From positions 2,208 to 66,207 of the forward strand of contig JBAYHR010000003.1 in assembly GCA_041666045.1 (NCBI GenBank): a stretch of 64,000 nt of DNA. Direction: 5' to 3'. Positions 10,243 through 19,149 of the stretch are shown piece by piece. The DNA comes from Minisyncoccota bacterium. Lineage in GTDB: Bacteria > Patescibacteriota > Minisyncoccia > Phycocordibacterales > UBA9973. Under the pieces are notes generated by a model. It saw nothing but the letters and a program-made list of their open reading frames with translations, was not told the DNA's origin and made no database searches. Positions within the stretch are counted from its first letter, which is position 1. The number at the start of each line of letters is the position of its first letter. Position numbers and translations under genes: made by a program.

Positions 10243-10713
10243 ATGAAGAATTTTAAGAAAGGTTTCACATTAATTGAATTGTTGGTGGTAGTTGCTATCA
10301 TCGGTATTCTAGCATCAGTTGTTTTAGCATCATTAAACTCAGCTCGTTCAAAAGGAGCTGATGCAGCAGTAAAAGCAAATATGGGAGGCATGAGGGCACA
10401 AGCTGAGCTTTATTATGACGATAATTCTAGTCGTTATAATGTTGATGGGACAACAGCTCTAGCGTCAACAGGTGCAACTGGGGCTGTTTGTGGCGTTACT
10501 ACTGGTATGTATAGTGATCCTAATATAACTCAAGCTATAGCACAAATAGCAACACAAATGGCAGGTACCTCTACAATGACTTGTACTACAGATGCTACTG
10601 GTCAATTATGGGCAGTATCTGTAACCGTACTTAAAGGTGCAGCAACTTCTTGGTGTGTAGACAATTCAGGTTGGTCAAAAGCTGGAACAGCAGCTGCTGG
10701 TGTTTGTGCTTAA
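10243..10713 (+). CDS. type IV major pilin (prepilin with class III signal peptide)
   Basis: MKNFKKG|FTLIELLVVVAIIGILASV prepilin peptidase site with Glu+5. Cys pairs in the C-terminal half. Own promoter and terminator. Confidence 0.85.
   Translation: MKNFKKGFTLIELLVVVAIIGILASVVLASLNSARSKGADAAVKANMGGMRAQAELYYDDNSSRYNVDGTTALASTGATGAVCGVTTGMYSDPNITQAIAQIATQMAGTSTMTCTTDATGQLWAVSVTVLKGAATSWCVDNSGWSKAGTAAAGVCA
10261..10323 (+). repeat. 63-nt segment shared (1 mismatch) between the two pilin genes, copy 1
   Basis: GGTTTCACATTAATTGAATTGTTGGTGGTAGTTGCTATCATCGGTATTCTAGCATCAGTTGTT. The second copy is at 10830-10892. Confidence 0.9.
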
Positions 10714-10735
10714 TAGTTAAAATTTAAATTTTAAA

Positions 10736-10766
10736 CAAAAACCACTTGAAAGTGGTTTTTGTTTTT
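10736..10766 (+). terminator. rho-independent terminator after pilin gene 1
   Basis: AAAAACCACTTGAAAGTGGTTTTTGTTTTT: GC stem followed by a T-run. Confidence 0.8.
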
Positions 10767-10808
10767 AGTATGTTATAATTAATTTAATTATTAAATAATA
10801 AGTTTATT

Positions 10809-11264
10809 ATGAAATTAAACAAAAATAGAGGTTTTACATTAATTGAATTGTTGGTGGTAGTTGCTATCATCGGTATTCTAGCATCAGTTGTTATGGCGTC
10901 ACTTAGTACCGCTAATAAAAAAAGTAAAGATGCTTCTGTTAAAGAAAGTATGAAGTCTATGATGTTGCAAGCAGAAATTCTTCGTGGGAGTGGTTCTACT
11001 TATCCAGTTGATATGTGTGTTTCATCTTTGGATTTTGAAAGACTTATAAAATCTATTAATAAACAGGTTCCAAGCGCTAATGCTGTGATTTGTAATTCTA
11101 GTACAACAGCTTGGGCAGCTGATGTTAAATTAAATGATGGAACTGTTTTTTGTGTAGACAGTGTTAGTTTTGTTGGTATTACACAACTTAGAAAAGGTTC
11201 AGCTATAGCTTGTAATCAGTCACAAGGGCAATATCCGCCAATACAACTACCTAACGAGATTTAA
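10809..11264 (+). CDS. type IV major pilin paralog
   Basis: MKLNKNRG|FTLIELLVVVAIIGILASV. The N-terminal coding segment is nucleotide-identical to the upstream pilin and the C-terminus is unrelated. Own promoter and terminator. Confidence 0.85.
   Translation: MKLNKNRGFTLIELLVVVAIIGILASVVMASLSTANKKSKDASVKESMKSMMLQAEILRGSGSTYPVDMCVSSLDFERLIKSINKQVPSANAVICNSSTTAWAADVKLNDGTVFCVDSVSFVGITQLRKGSAIACNQSQGQYPPIQLPNEI
10830..10892 (+). repeat. 63-nt segment shared between the two pilin genes, copy 2
   Basis: Identical to 10261-10323 except for one C/T difference. Confidence 0.9.
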
Positions 11265-11296
11265 TTAAGTTTATTTTGTTGTTTAAAATTTTTAGT

Positions 11297-11330
11297 AAAA
11301 ACCACTCTAATTAGAGTGGTTTTTGTTTTG
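11297..11330 (+). terminator. rho-independent terminator after pilin gene 2
   Basis: AAAAACCACTCTAATTAGAGTGGTTTTTGTTTTG. The stem is near-identical to the pilin-1 terminator. Confidence 0.8.
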
Positions 11331-11338
11331 CTTTCTTG

Positions 11339-11347
11339 TGATATAAT
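11339..11347 (+). promoter_or_regulatory. extended -10 element TGATATAAT upstream of pilD
   Basis: Exact 9-mer 29 nt upstream of the pilD ATG, immediately after the pilin-2 terminator. Confidence 0.5.
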
Positions 11348-11375
11348 TAGATAGCTTATTAATTAACCAATTTTT

Positions 11376-12167
11376 ATGACATCAATTTTTGCAATTATTT
11401 TTTTTGTGTTTGGTATTGTTATAGGTAGTTTTTTGAATGTTGTTATTTTTAGATATAATGTTCAAAGATCTTTTGGTGGCAGAAGCGGATGTATGACTTG
11501 TCAGAATAAACTTCACTGGTATGAACTTATTCCTTTATTTAGTTTTATTGCAATAAAAGGAAGATGTTTAAATTGTAAAACAAAAATATCAGTTCAATAT
11601 CCTTTAGTGGAATTGATAACAGGTATAATTTTTATGGGATTGTTTCTAAAATTCCAAGATATTTTTTATATGAATACTCTTGTATTTGCTGTAACTATGG
11701 CATTTTATGCCACAATGTTTTCTTTACTTATTGTTATAGCAGTATATGATTTGAGACATAAAATTATTCCAGATACGCTTGTTTTGGTTTTAGGAATTCT
11801 TGCTTTTTTAGGAATGTTTTTATTTTCTAGTTTTGGTTTTAATCCACATATTCCTTCTGTCTTAGAATTTTTAACGGGAATAATAGTAGCTCTCCCTTTT
11901 GCAATTATTTGGCTTGTATCAAAAGGAACTTGGATGGGGCTTGGAGACGCAAAACTAATGCTTGGGCTTGGTTGGCTTCTTGGACTTTCTCGTGTGCTTT
12001 CTGGTATGGTGGTTGCATTTTGGTCAGGTGCGATAATAGGACTTTTTCTTCTTGTTTTTTCAAAAAAGCACGGGATGAAAAGTGAAATTCCTTTTGCTCC
12101 ATTTTTGGTTTTAGGCGCAATTATAGCTTTTCTTTTTGAATTACATCTTTTCCCAGTTGGTTTTTAG
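11376..12167 (+). CDS. pilD: prepilin peptidase PilD (A24 family)
   Basis: N-terminal CxxC...CxxC zinc motif (CMTCQNK...CLNCKTK), polytopic membrane domain, and conserved Asp-containing motifs (AVYDLRHKIIPD, GLGDAKLM). Confidence 0.85.
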   Translation: MTSIFAIIFFVFGIVIGSFLNVVIFRYNVQRSFGGRSGCMTCQNKLHWYELIPLFSFIAIKGRCLNCKTKISVQYPLVELITGIIFMGLFLKFQDIFYMNTLVFAVTMAFYATMFSLLIVIAVYDLRHKIIPDTLVLVLGILAFLGMFLFSSFGFNPHIPSVLEFLTGIIVALPFAIIWLVSKGTWMGLGDAKLMLGLGWLLGLSRVLSGMVVAFWSGAIIGLFLLVFSKKHGMKSEIPFAPFLVLGAIIAFLFELHLFPVGF

Positions 12168-12168
12168 T

Positions 12169-12203
12169 ACATAACACATAACACATAACACATAACACGT
12201 AAC
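12169..12203 (+). repeat. heptanucleotide tandem repeat (ACATAAC)x5 abutting the minor-pilin start codon
   Basis: ACATAAC repeated four times exactly, plus ACGTAAC. The tract fills the whole pilD-to-minor-pilin intergenic space and ends at the ATG at 12204. Confidence 0.9.
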
Positions 12204-12911
12204 ATGAGATACAAAATAAAAAATTTAATAAATGCTATGCGCTGTGTGTTACGTGTTGCGCGCAATAAGGGTATGACTTATGTTGAGCTAATTGTTGTTT
12301 TGAGTATTTTTGCTATTATGTCTTCCATTGTTCTTTTTAATTATGGCAAGTTTCAAGCAAAAGTTGATATAAATAATTTAGCGAATGATATTGCTTTGAA
12401 AATAGTTCAAGCTCAAAAAGACGCTATGTCTGGAAAATTACCAACGCAAACTCCTTTTGTTTCTCCTTGGAAACCATCTTATGGAGTTTATTTTGATCCA
12501 ACAGTTCATTATAAATTTATTTATTTTACTGATTTATATAATTCTAAATATTATAATAGTTCTTCTTGTACTCCGCCTATTACCATAGAAAGTGGAGATT
12601 GTTTAGACGAAATAAACATAACAAAAGGGAATTATATATCTGAATTGAAAGTTTATCGCAATGATAATACGACAGAGATTTTAGCAACTAATTTATCTAT
12701 AACTTTTACAAGACCAAATTCTGGAGCATTTTTTGAATCTAATGGTTTACCGCTAGAAGATGTTTCTTATATTCAAATAACTATTACTTCTCCGCAATCT
12801 GTAAGCGCTAGAATTAAATTATATTCTTCAGGTAGAGTTGAAATATTACCAGGTCTAACACAGTCGTCCCTAAATGAAAGTGTTCCTATTGATAATACGC
12901 AAGTAAGTTAA
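12204..12911 (+). CDS. minor pilin / pseudopilin-like protein
   Basis: Prepilin-type leader ending KG|MTYVELIVVLSIFAIM with Glu+5. The start may be an internal Met. Confidence 0.7.
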   Translation: MRYKIKNLINAMRCVLRVARNKGMTYVELIVVLSIFAIMSSIVLFNYGKFQAKVDINNLANDIALKIVQAQKDAMSGKLPTQTPFVSPWKPSYGVYFDPTVHYKFIYFTDLYNSKYYNSSSCTPPITIESGDCLDEINITKGNYISELKVYRNDNTTEILATNLSITFTRPNSGAFFESNGLPLEDVSYIQITITSPQSVSARIKLYSSGRVEILPGLTQSSLNESVPIDNTQVS

Positions 12912-12912
12912 T

Positions 12913-13503
12913 ATGAAAAATAAATTTTTAAAAACAAAAAAAGGATTTACTATAATTGAAACAATGATAGCTGTTTCTCTTTTTTTAGTGATTGTTATGA
13001 TAGGTATGGGAGCGCTTTTAAACGCAAATTTAGTTCATAGAAAATCTCAAGATATGCGTTCCATAATTGATAATTTGAGTTTTATTATGGAAGAGATGTC
13101 TAGAAATTTAAGAACTGGATACAATTATCATTGTATTGATGATGGTTTTGTTACCAAAGTAGATTTAAATAGTTGCACTTCAGACGGAAAAGGAATATCT
13201 TTTAAATCCAGCTCGGGTGCTCAATGGGTTTATGCAATATTTCAAGATGGAAATATTAGTAGTATTAAAAAATCTGTTGATGGTGGAGCAACTTTTACAA
13301 CACTTACTTCTTCTGAAGTGATGATAGACACAAGTTCCAGTTTTTATGTGACTGGAGCAGAGCTTGGTGATGGCAAGCAACCGTTTGTTTTAATAAGATT
13401 GGTTGGGAAAATAACTTATAAAAATATTGATACGCCTTTTTCTTTACAAACATCAGTATCACAAAGATTAATAGATACAGGAGTTTCCTCAAATCCAAAT
13501 TAA
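12913..13503 (+). CDS. minor pilin / pseudopilin-like protein
   Basis: KKG|FTIIETMIAVSLFLVIVMIG prepilin motif. Confidence 0.75.
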   Translation: MKNKFLKTKKGFTIIETMIAVSLFLVIVMIGMGALLNANLVHRKSQDMRSIIDNLSFIMEEMSRNLRTGYNYHCIDDGFVTKVDLNSCTSDGKGISFKSSSGAQWVYAIFQDGNISSIKKSVDGGATFTTLTSSEVMIDTSSSFYVTGAELGDGKQPFVLIRLVGKITYKNIDTPFSLQTSVSQRLIDTGVSSNPN

Positions 13504-13543
13504 GATCAAATAATAATTCCACCAGTTAATTAATTATAAAAAT

Positions 13544-14062
13544 ATGATTAAATTATTAACACAAAAAAATAAAGGATTTACTTTAGTTGAAACATTGGTT
13601 GCTATCTCTATTTTTACTGTGTCAGTTTTAGCCTTAATGGTTATTTTAGGTCAAGGAATTTCTGATACAGGTTATGCAAAAAAGAAAATGACTGCCACTT
13701 ATTTGGCGCAAGAAGGTATTGAATATATGAGAAATATGCGAGATACATTTTCTATTTCTGGTTTGGGTTGGGATGAGTTTAAAAATAAATTAACACTTGC
13801 TTCATGTGATATTGGATGTTATTTTGACGCTGAAGTTCCCGATGAAGTTATTTCTTGTGAAAATGGTTCTTGTCATCATTTATTATATGATTCAGGAAAG
13901 TATAATTATTATTTTGGTGTTGATTCTGGATTTGTGCGTTCGGTAAGAGTTGATGGTGTCAATGAAGATGAAATAAAAATAACCTCCACTGTTTCTTGGG
14001 GTCAAGAATCTGGCGCATATTCCATTGTTTTTTCAGAAAGTTTATTTAATTGGATACAATAA
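13544..14062 (+). CDS. minor pilin / pseudopilin-like protein (PilV/GspJ-like)
   Basis: NKG|FTLVETLVAISIFTV prepilin motif. Confidence 0.75.
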   Translation: MIKLLTQKNKGFTLVETLVAISIFTVSVLALMVILGQGISDTGYAKKKMTATYLAQEGIEYMRNMRDTFSISGLGWDEFKNKLTLASCDIGCYFDAEVPDEVISCENGSCHHLLYDSGKYNYYFGVDSGFVRSVRVDGVNEDEIKITSTVSWGQESGAYSIVFSESLFNWIQ

Positions 14063-14520
14063 TGAAAATAAAAAAAATACAAAAAAATAAAGCTTTCGTA
14101 ATACTTTTCGCTGTTATGCTTTCAAGTATTATTTTAGCGATAACATTGGGAGTTTCAAATATTTCACTTAAAGAAATTAATTTCAGTACGTCAGCTAAAA
14201 ATGCCAATGATGCTTTTTTTGCAGCTGATACGGGTATTGAATGCGCGCTTTTTTATGATAAAACAGGTCCTAATAATGCTTTTACAAGTGGATTAGAAAT
14301 ACCAATGAATTGTGCTGGATCAAATATAACTTTAACTCCTAATAATACACCTCCTACTTTTTGGAGTTTTGATATTGTTGGATTAGGAAGTAATGGCAAA
14401 TCTTGCGCAAAAGTAACAGTGGATAAAGATACTATTCCAAATACTACGATTATTTCAAAAGGTTACAATAATTGTATTTTAAATAATAAAGTTGAGCGTG
14501 AACTTGAAGTAACTTATTAA
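14050..14520 (+). CDS. PilX-like pilus-associated protein
   Basis: N-terminal hydrophobic segment without a canonical Glu+5. Last gene of the minor-pilin block. Confidence 0.4.
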   Translation: MDTIMKIKKIQKNKAFVILFAVMLSSIILAITLGVSNISLKEINFSTSAKNANDAFFAADTGIECALFYDKTGPNNAFTSGLEIPMNCAGSNITLTPNNTPPTFWSFDIVGLGSNGKSCAKVTVDKDTIPNTTIISKGYNNCILNNKVERELEVTY

Positions 14521-16671
<2,151 letters not shown>

Positions 16672-16717
16672 TAGCTTGCGTCCATCTATCTGAGAGCTTA
16701 TAATTAAAATCCACTTG

Positions 16718-16784
16718 TCCCGTTAGAAAATCATCGGGGTAGTGGTTTGTCGGTAAAGATTATAAATTAAATTTTCTAATGGGA
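16718..16784 (+). repeat. intergenic copy of the CCCGTTAGAAA inverted-repeat element, with the right arm ending in the ATG of the downstream gene
   Basis: Left arm TCCCGTTAGAAAATC. Right arm ATTTTCTAATGGGA, one mismatch. Separated by about 38 nt. Confidence 0.7.
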
Positions 16785-17311
16785 TGAAAGATAAATTAAA
16801 AATTTTAACAGTTTTTGTTGGGTGTTTTTTGTTTAGATTGATACCCTTACGAGCACCTAACGTTGAACCTATTATGGCTTCAATAATGCCTTTAGGGCGT
16901 AAATATGGAGCTTTAATGGCATTTCTATTTGGCTTTCTAAGTATGTTTTTATATGATGCTGTGACGCATTTTGGATCTTGGACTTGGGAAGGAGCTATTA
17001 CTTATGGAGTTATAGGAGCTGTCTCCACTTTCTATTTTAATAAGTTTAAAGCATCTGCTTTTAACTTTGCAGTATTTGCATTTTTTGCAACAATTTCTTT
17101 TGATTTAATAACAGGAGTTTTATTTGCTCCGATGTTTGGGCAAACTATTTTAAACGCTTTAATTTTACAAATTCCTTTTACAGCGCTTCATTTGGCAGGG
17201 AATATAGGTTTTTCTTTAACTTTGAGTCCTTTGATAAACAAATGGCTTGTGTCAGAAAAATTTTTTGCACTTAAAAAATCAGCAGTAATTTCTGATTTAG
17301 TTAAAATATAG
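16784..17311 (+). CDS. polytopic membrane protein (possible ECF-transporter S-component-like)
   Basis: About five TM helices and no soluble domain. Family assignment is tentative. Confidence 0.45.
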   Translation: MKDKLKILTVFVGCFLFRLIPLRAPNVEPIMASIMPLGRKYGALMAFLFGFLSMFLYDAVTHFGSWTWEGAITYGVIGAVSTFYFNKFKASAFNFAVFAFFATISFDLITGVLFAPMFGQTILNALILQIPFTALHLAGNIGFSLTLSPLINKWLVSEKFFALKKSAVISDLVKI

Positions 17312-17318
17312 CTTGCGG
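17286..17318 (+). repeat. 33-bp direct repeat, copy 1 (3' end of the membrane-protein gene)
   Basis: TAATTTCTGATTTAGTTAAAATATAGCTTGCGG. Confidence 0.85.
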
Positions 17319-17383
17319 TATCTTGGTGTTAAGTACTCAAAGGCACCCCTTTTCATAAGGGCATTTAGTACATTTTGGTAAAT

Positions 17384-17411
17384 TTGCTTTTTTATATAGA
17401 TATGATATAAT
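17384..17411 (+). promoter_or_regulatory. sigma70-like promoter of the GC-rich cassette gene
   Basis: TTGCTT, 16-nt spacer, TGATATAAT. Confidence 0.55.
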
Positions 17412-17463
17412 GCGTTTAGCTAGAAAAGTTCTAGTTCTTTTAAATAATTTAAAAATAAATAAG

Positions 17464-18366
17464 ATGATGACGACAAAATTGATCACGTCGAAAGATCCGA
17501 AAGGATTGCATGCTGTAAGCTTATTTGAATCTGCTTACAACAAACTTGGTCTGACTGATGAACAGGCACAAATGCTTAATGAAAAAGGTGGTGAATTCAA
17601 AGAGAAAATACAAAAAATTATCCGCGAATTGACTGTTAAAAACCAGTATGCCAATGAAGTAATAAATTCAAACTACACCTATCCAAAGGAATACAAAGGT
17701 CCTAAATTAATCATTGAACAAGTAAAAACCATTGCTGAATTATTTGGACTTGATCCGAAAGAAGCACTGGAATTTATAAAAACTTTACCTGCAATACCTG
17801 ATGGCACAGAGGGATGGTTGGCTGTTCCAAAAGTATCAGCTGTAGCTAAGAAACATTTCCCTGCAATTACAGATCCAGCCATGCAGTATTGTGAAGCAGT
17901 AAAAATGGTACATGCAAAATTAGCTAAAAGCCGTAGATTTACAAACTATCGTGATGGAGAAATTGTTCCAAATAAACTTCGCCAAAGTGCTCGCACTTTG
18001 GATTTTTTAGAACAATTTATCGAAGCAAAACAACCGGGTGATATTATAATCATTGCCGTTCAATATGGAATGAGACATCGCGGTGAATCTGTTCGCAGGG
18101 CAAGAGAAATATTTTCCTTTAATGAATTTGGCTTAGGTGCATTTGCAATCGGTTGTATGGCTTTGGTTCATCCTGAACGTTATGTAAGATGGGAAGAATT
18201 AGACACAGACTGCGCTGGTGATGAATTTTCTCCGGGCGGTGATGGGGTCTTCTCGAAGGCTCCGGTCTTCTGCTTCGACGACGGCGAGCTGCGGTTTTTC
18301 ACGCACGATGTTTCGGTTGCTAGCGTCGGCTATGGTTCGGCTTCCGGTTTTGTTCCGCAGGGTTGA
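17464..18366 (+). CDS. hypothetical protein on a GC-rich cassette
   Basis: Own extended -10 promoter and own terminator. The last ~135 nt is about 60% GC, against a genome of about 30%. No recognisable domain. The ORF-track start at 17410 overlaps the -10 box, so the ATGATG at 17464 is preferred. Confidence 0.5.
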   Translation: MMTTKLITSKDPKGLHAVSLFESAYNKLGLTDEQAQMLNEKGGEFKEKIQKIIRELTVKNQYANEVINSNYTYPKEYKGPKLIIEQVKTIAELFGLDPKEALEFIKTLPAIPDGTEGWLAVPKVSAVAKKHFPAITDPAMQYCEAVKMVHAKLAKSRRFTNYRDGEIVPNKLRQSARTLDFLEQFIEAKQPGDIIIIAVQYGMRHRGESVRRAREIFSFNEFGLGAFAIGCMALVHPERYVRWEELDTDCAGDEFSPGGDGVFSKAPVFCFDDGELRFFTHDVSVASVGYGSASGFVPQG

Positions 18367-18435
18367 TTTTCTCATCTTGAATTCTTTAATCTTTTGAATT
18401 CTTTATTTTGATTCTTGAATTCGAAAATTTTTTTA

Positions 18436-18476
18436 AAGGGGTTATCCACAATTGGATAACCCTCTTTTTATTTTCA
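18436..18476 (+). terminator. terminator of the GC-rich cassette gene
   Basis: AGGGGTTATCCACAATTGGATAACCCCT followed by CTTTTTATTTT. Confidence 0.75.
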
Positions 18477-18518
18477 TATTTGGTTTTTGCAAGAACCGTT
18501 CTTGCGAGACTTCATCAA

Positions 18519-18551
18519 TAATTTCTGATTTAGTTAAAATATAGCTCGCGG
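18519..18551 (+). repeat. 33-bp direct repeat, copy 2 (abuts the 3' end of tRNA-Ser)
   Basis: TAATTTCTGATTTAGTTAAAATATAGCTCGCGG, 1 mismatch to copy 1. The last 3 nt overlap the tRNA discriminator and acceptor end. Confidence 0.85.
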
Positions 18552-18635
18552 AGGGTGGGAGATTCGAACTCCCGATGCCCTTACAGGCATACAGACTTTC
18601 CAGGTCTGCGCACTAGACCGCTATGCGAACCCTCC
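18549..18635 (-). tRNA. tRNA-Ser (anticodon GGA)
   Basis: Hand-folded as an 87-nt class II tRNA. It has a 7-bp acceptor stem GGAGGGT/ACCCTCC, anticodon loop CUGGAAA, a long variable arm, T-loop GTTCGAATC, discriminator G, and no encoded CCA. Confidence 0.8.
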
Positions 18636-18695
18636 ATATCCTTTAATCTACATTATTTTATAGAAAAAGAAAATGTGGTAATATATAAGTTATAT

Positions 18696-19148
18696 ATGAA
18701 AAAAATAATAACAAGATGTAGAGAAAAAACAACAGCTTATTTAAGTCACAGACCAAAGTTTTATGCGTTAATGGTTGGCATAGGTATCGTTTTATTTTGG
18801 AGAGGAGTATGGCATAGTACTGATTTTGTCCATACTTATTTTAATGTTTATCAAAACAATTTAACTGTTAGCGGATCTTTTTCACCTTGGTGGGACGGAC
18901 CTCTTTCTTTAGTAGTTGGTATTATTATTTTATATTTTACTGGTGCTTTTATTTCTAGTTTTATAGGAAATGAATTAATTCTTTTGGGTCTTCGTGGAGA
19001 AAAGAAACTTAGTCAAAAGACGGAAGGTGAAGTTAGGACTGAAATAGATTCTATTTTAGATATTAAGAATAATCTTAGCGATATAAATGAAAAGATTAGA
19101 GAACTAGAAGAGAAGTTAAAAAACAAAGAAGTTAATAAAAAGAGTTAG
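18696..19148 (+). CDS. membrane protein with C-terminal coiled coil
   Basis: The ORF-track N-terminus (18555-18695) overlaps the tRNA and is discarded. The Met at 18696 is followed by two TM helices and a K/E coiled coil. Confidence 0.5.
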   Translation: MKKIITRCREKTTAYLSHRPKFYALMVGIGIVLFWRGVWHSTDFVHTYFNVYQNNLTVSGSFSPWWDGPLSLVVGIIILYFTGAFISSFIGNELILLGLRGEKKLSQKTEGEVRTEIDSILDIKNNLSDINEKIRELEEKLKNKEVNKKS

Positions 19149-19149
19149 G

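Larger units (their letters stand above)
17286..18551 (+). mobile_element. putative inserted cassette (promoter, GC-rich ORF, terminator) bounded by 33-bp direct repeats next to tRNA-Ser
   Basis: Direct repeats duplicate the 3' end of the upstream gene. Base composition is anomalous. No integrase is present. Confidence 0.4.

Noticed and set aside
18443-18468. Perfect DnaA-box consensus TTATCCACA, with a near-inverted copy, raising the possibility of a replication origin
   Set aside because: The two boxes form the stem of a canonical terminator hairpin followed by a T-run directly after a gene. There is no cluster of further boxes, no AT-rich unwinding element, and no dnaA or dnaN nearby.
18555-18695. 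N-terminal 47 codons of the ORF-track protein 18555-19148
   Set aside because: This part overlaps the tRNA-Ser gene on the opposite strand. The internal Met at 18696 has a TAATAT -10 upstream and begins the hydrophobic part, so the start was moved.
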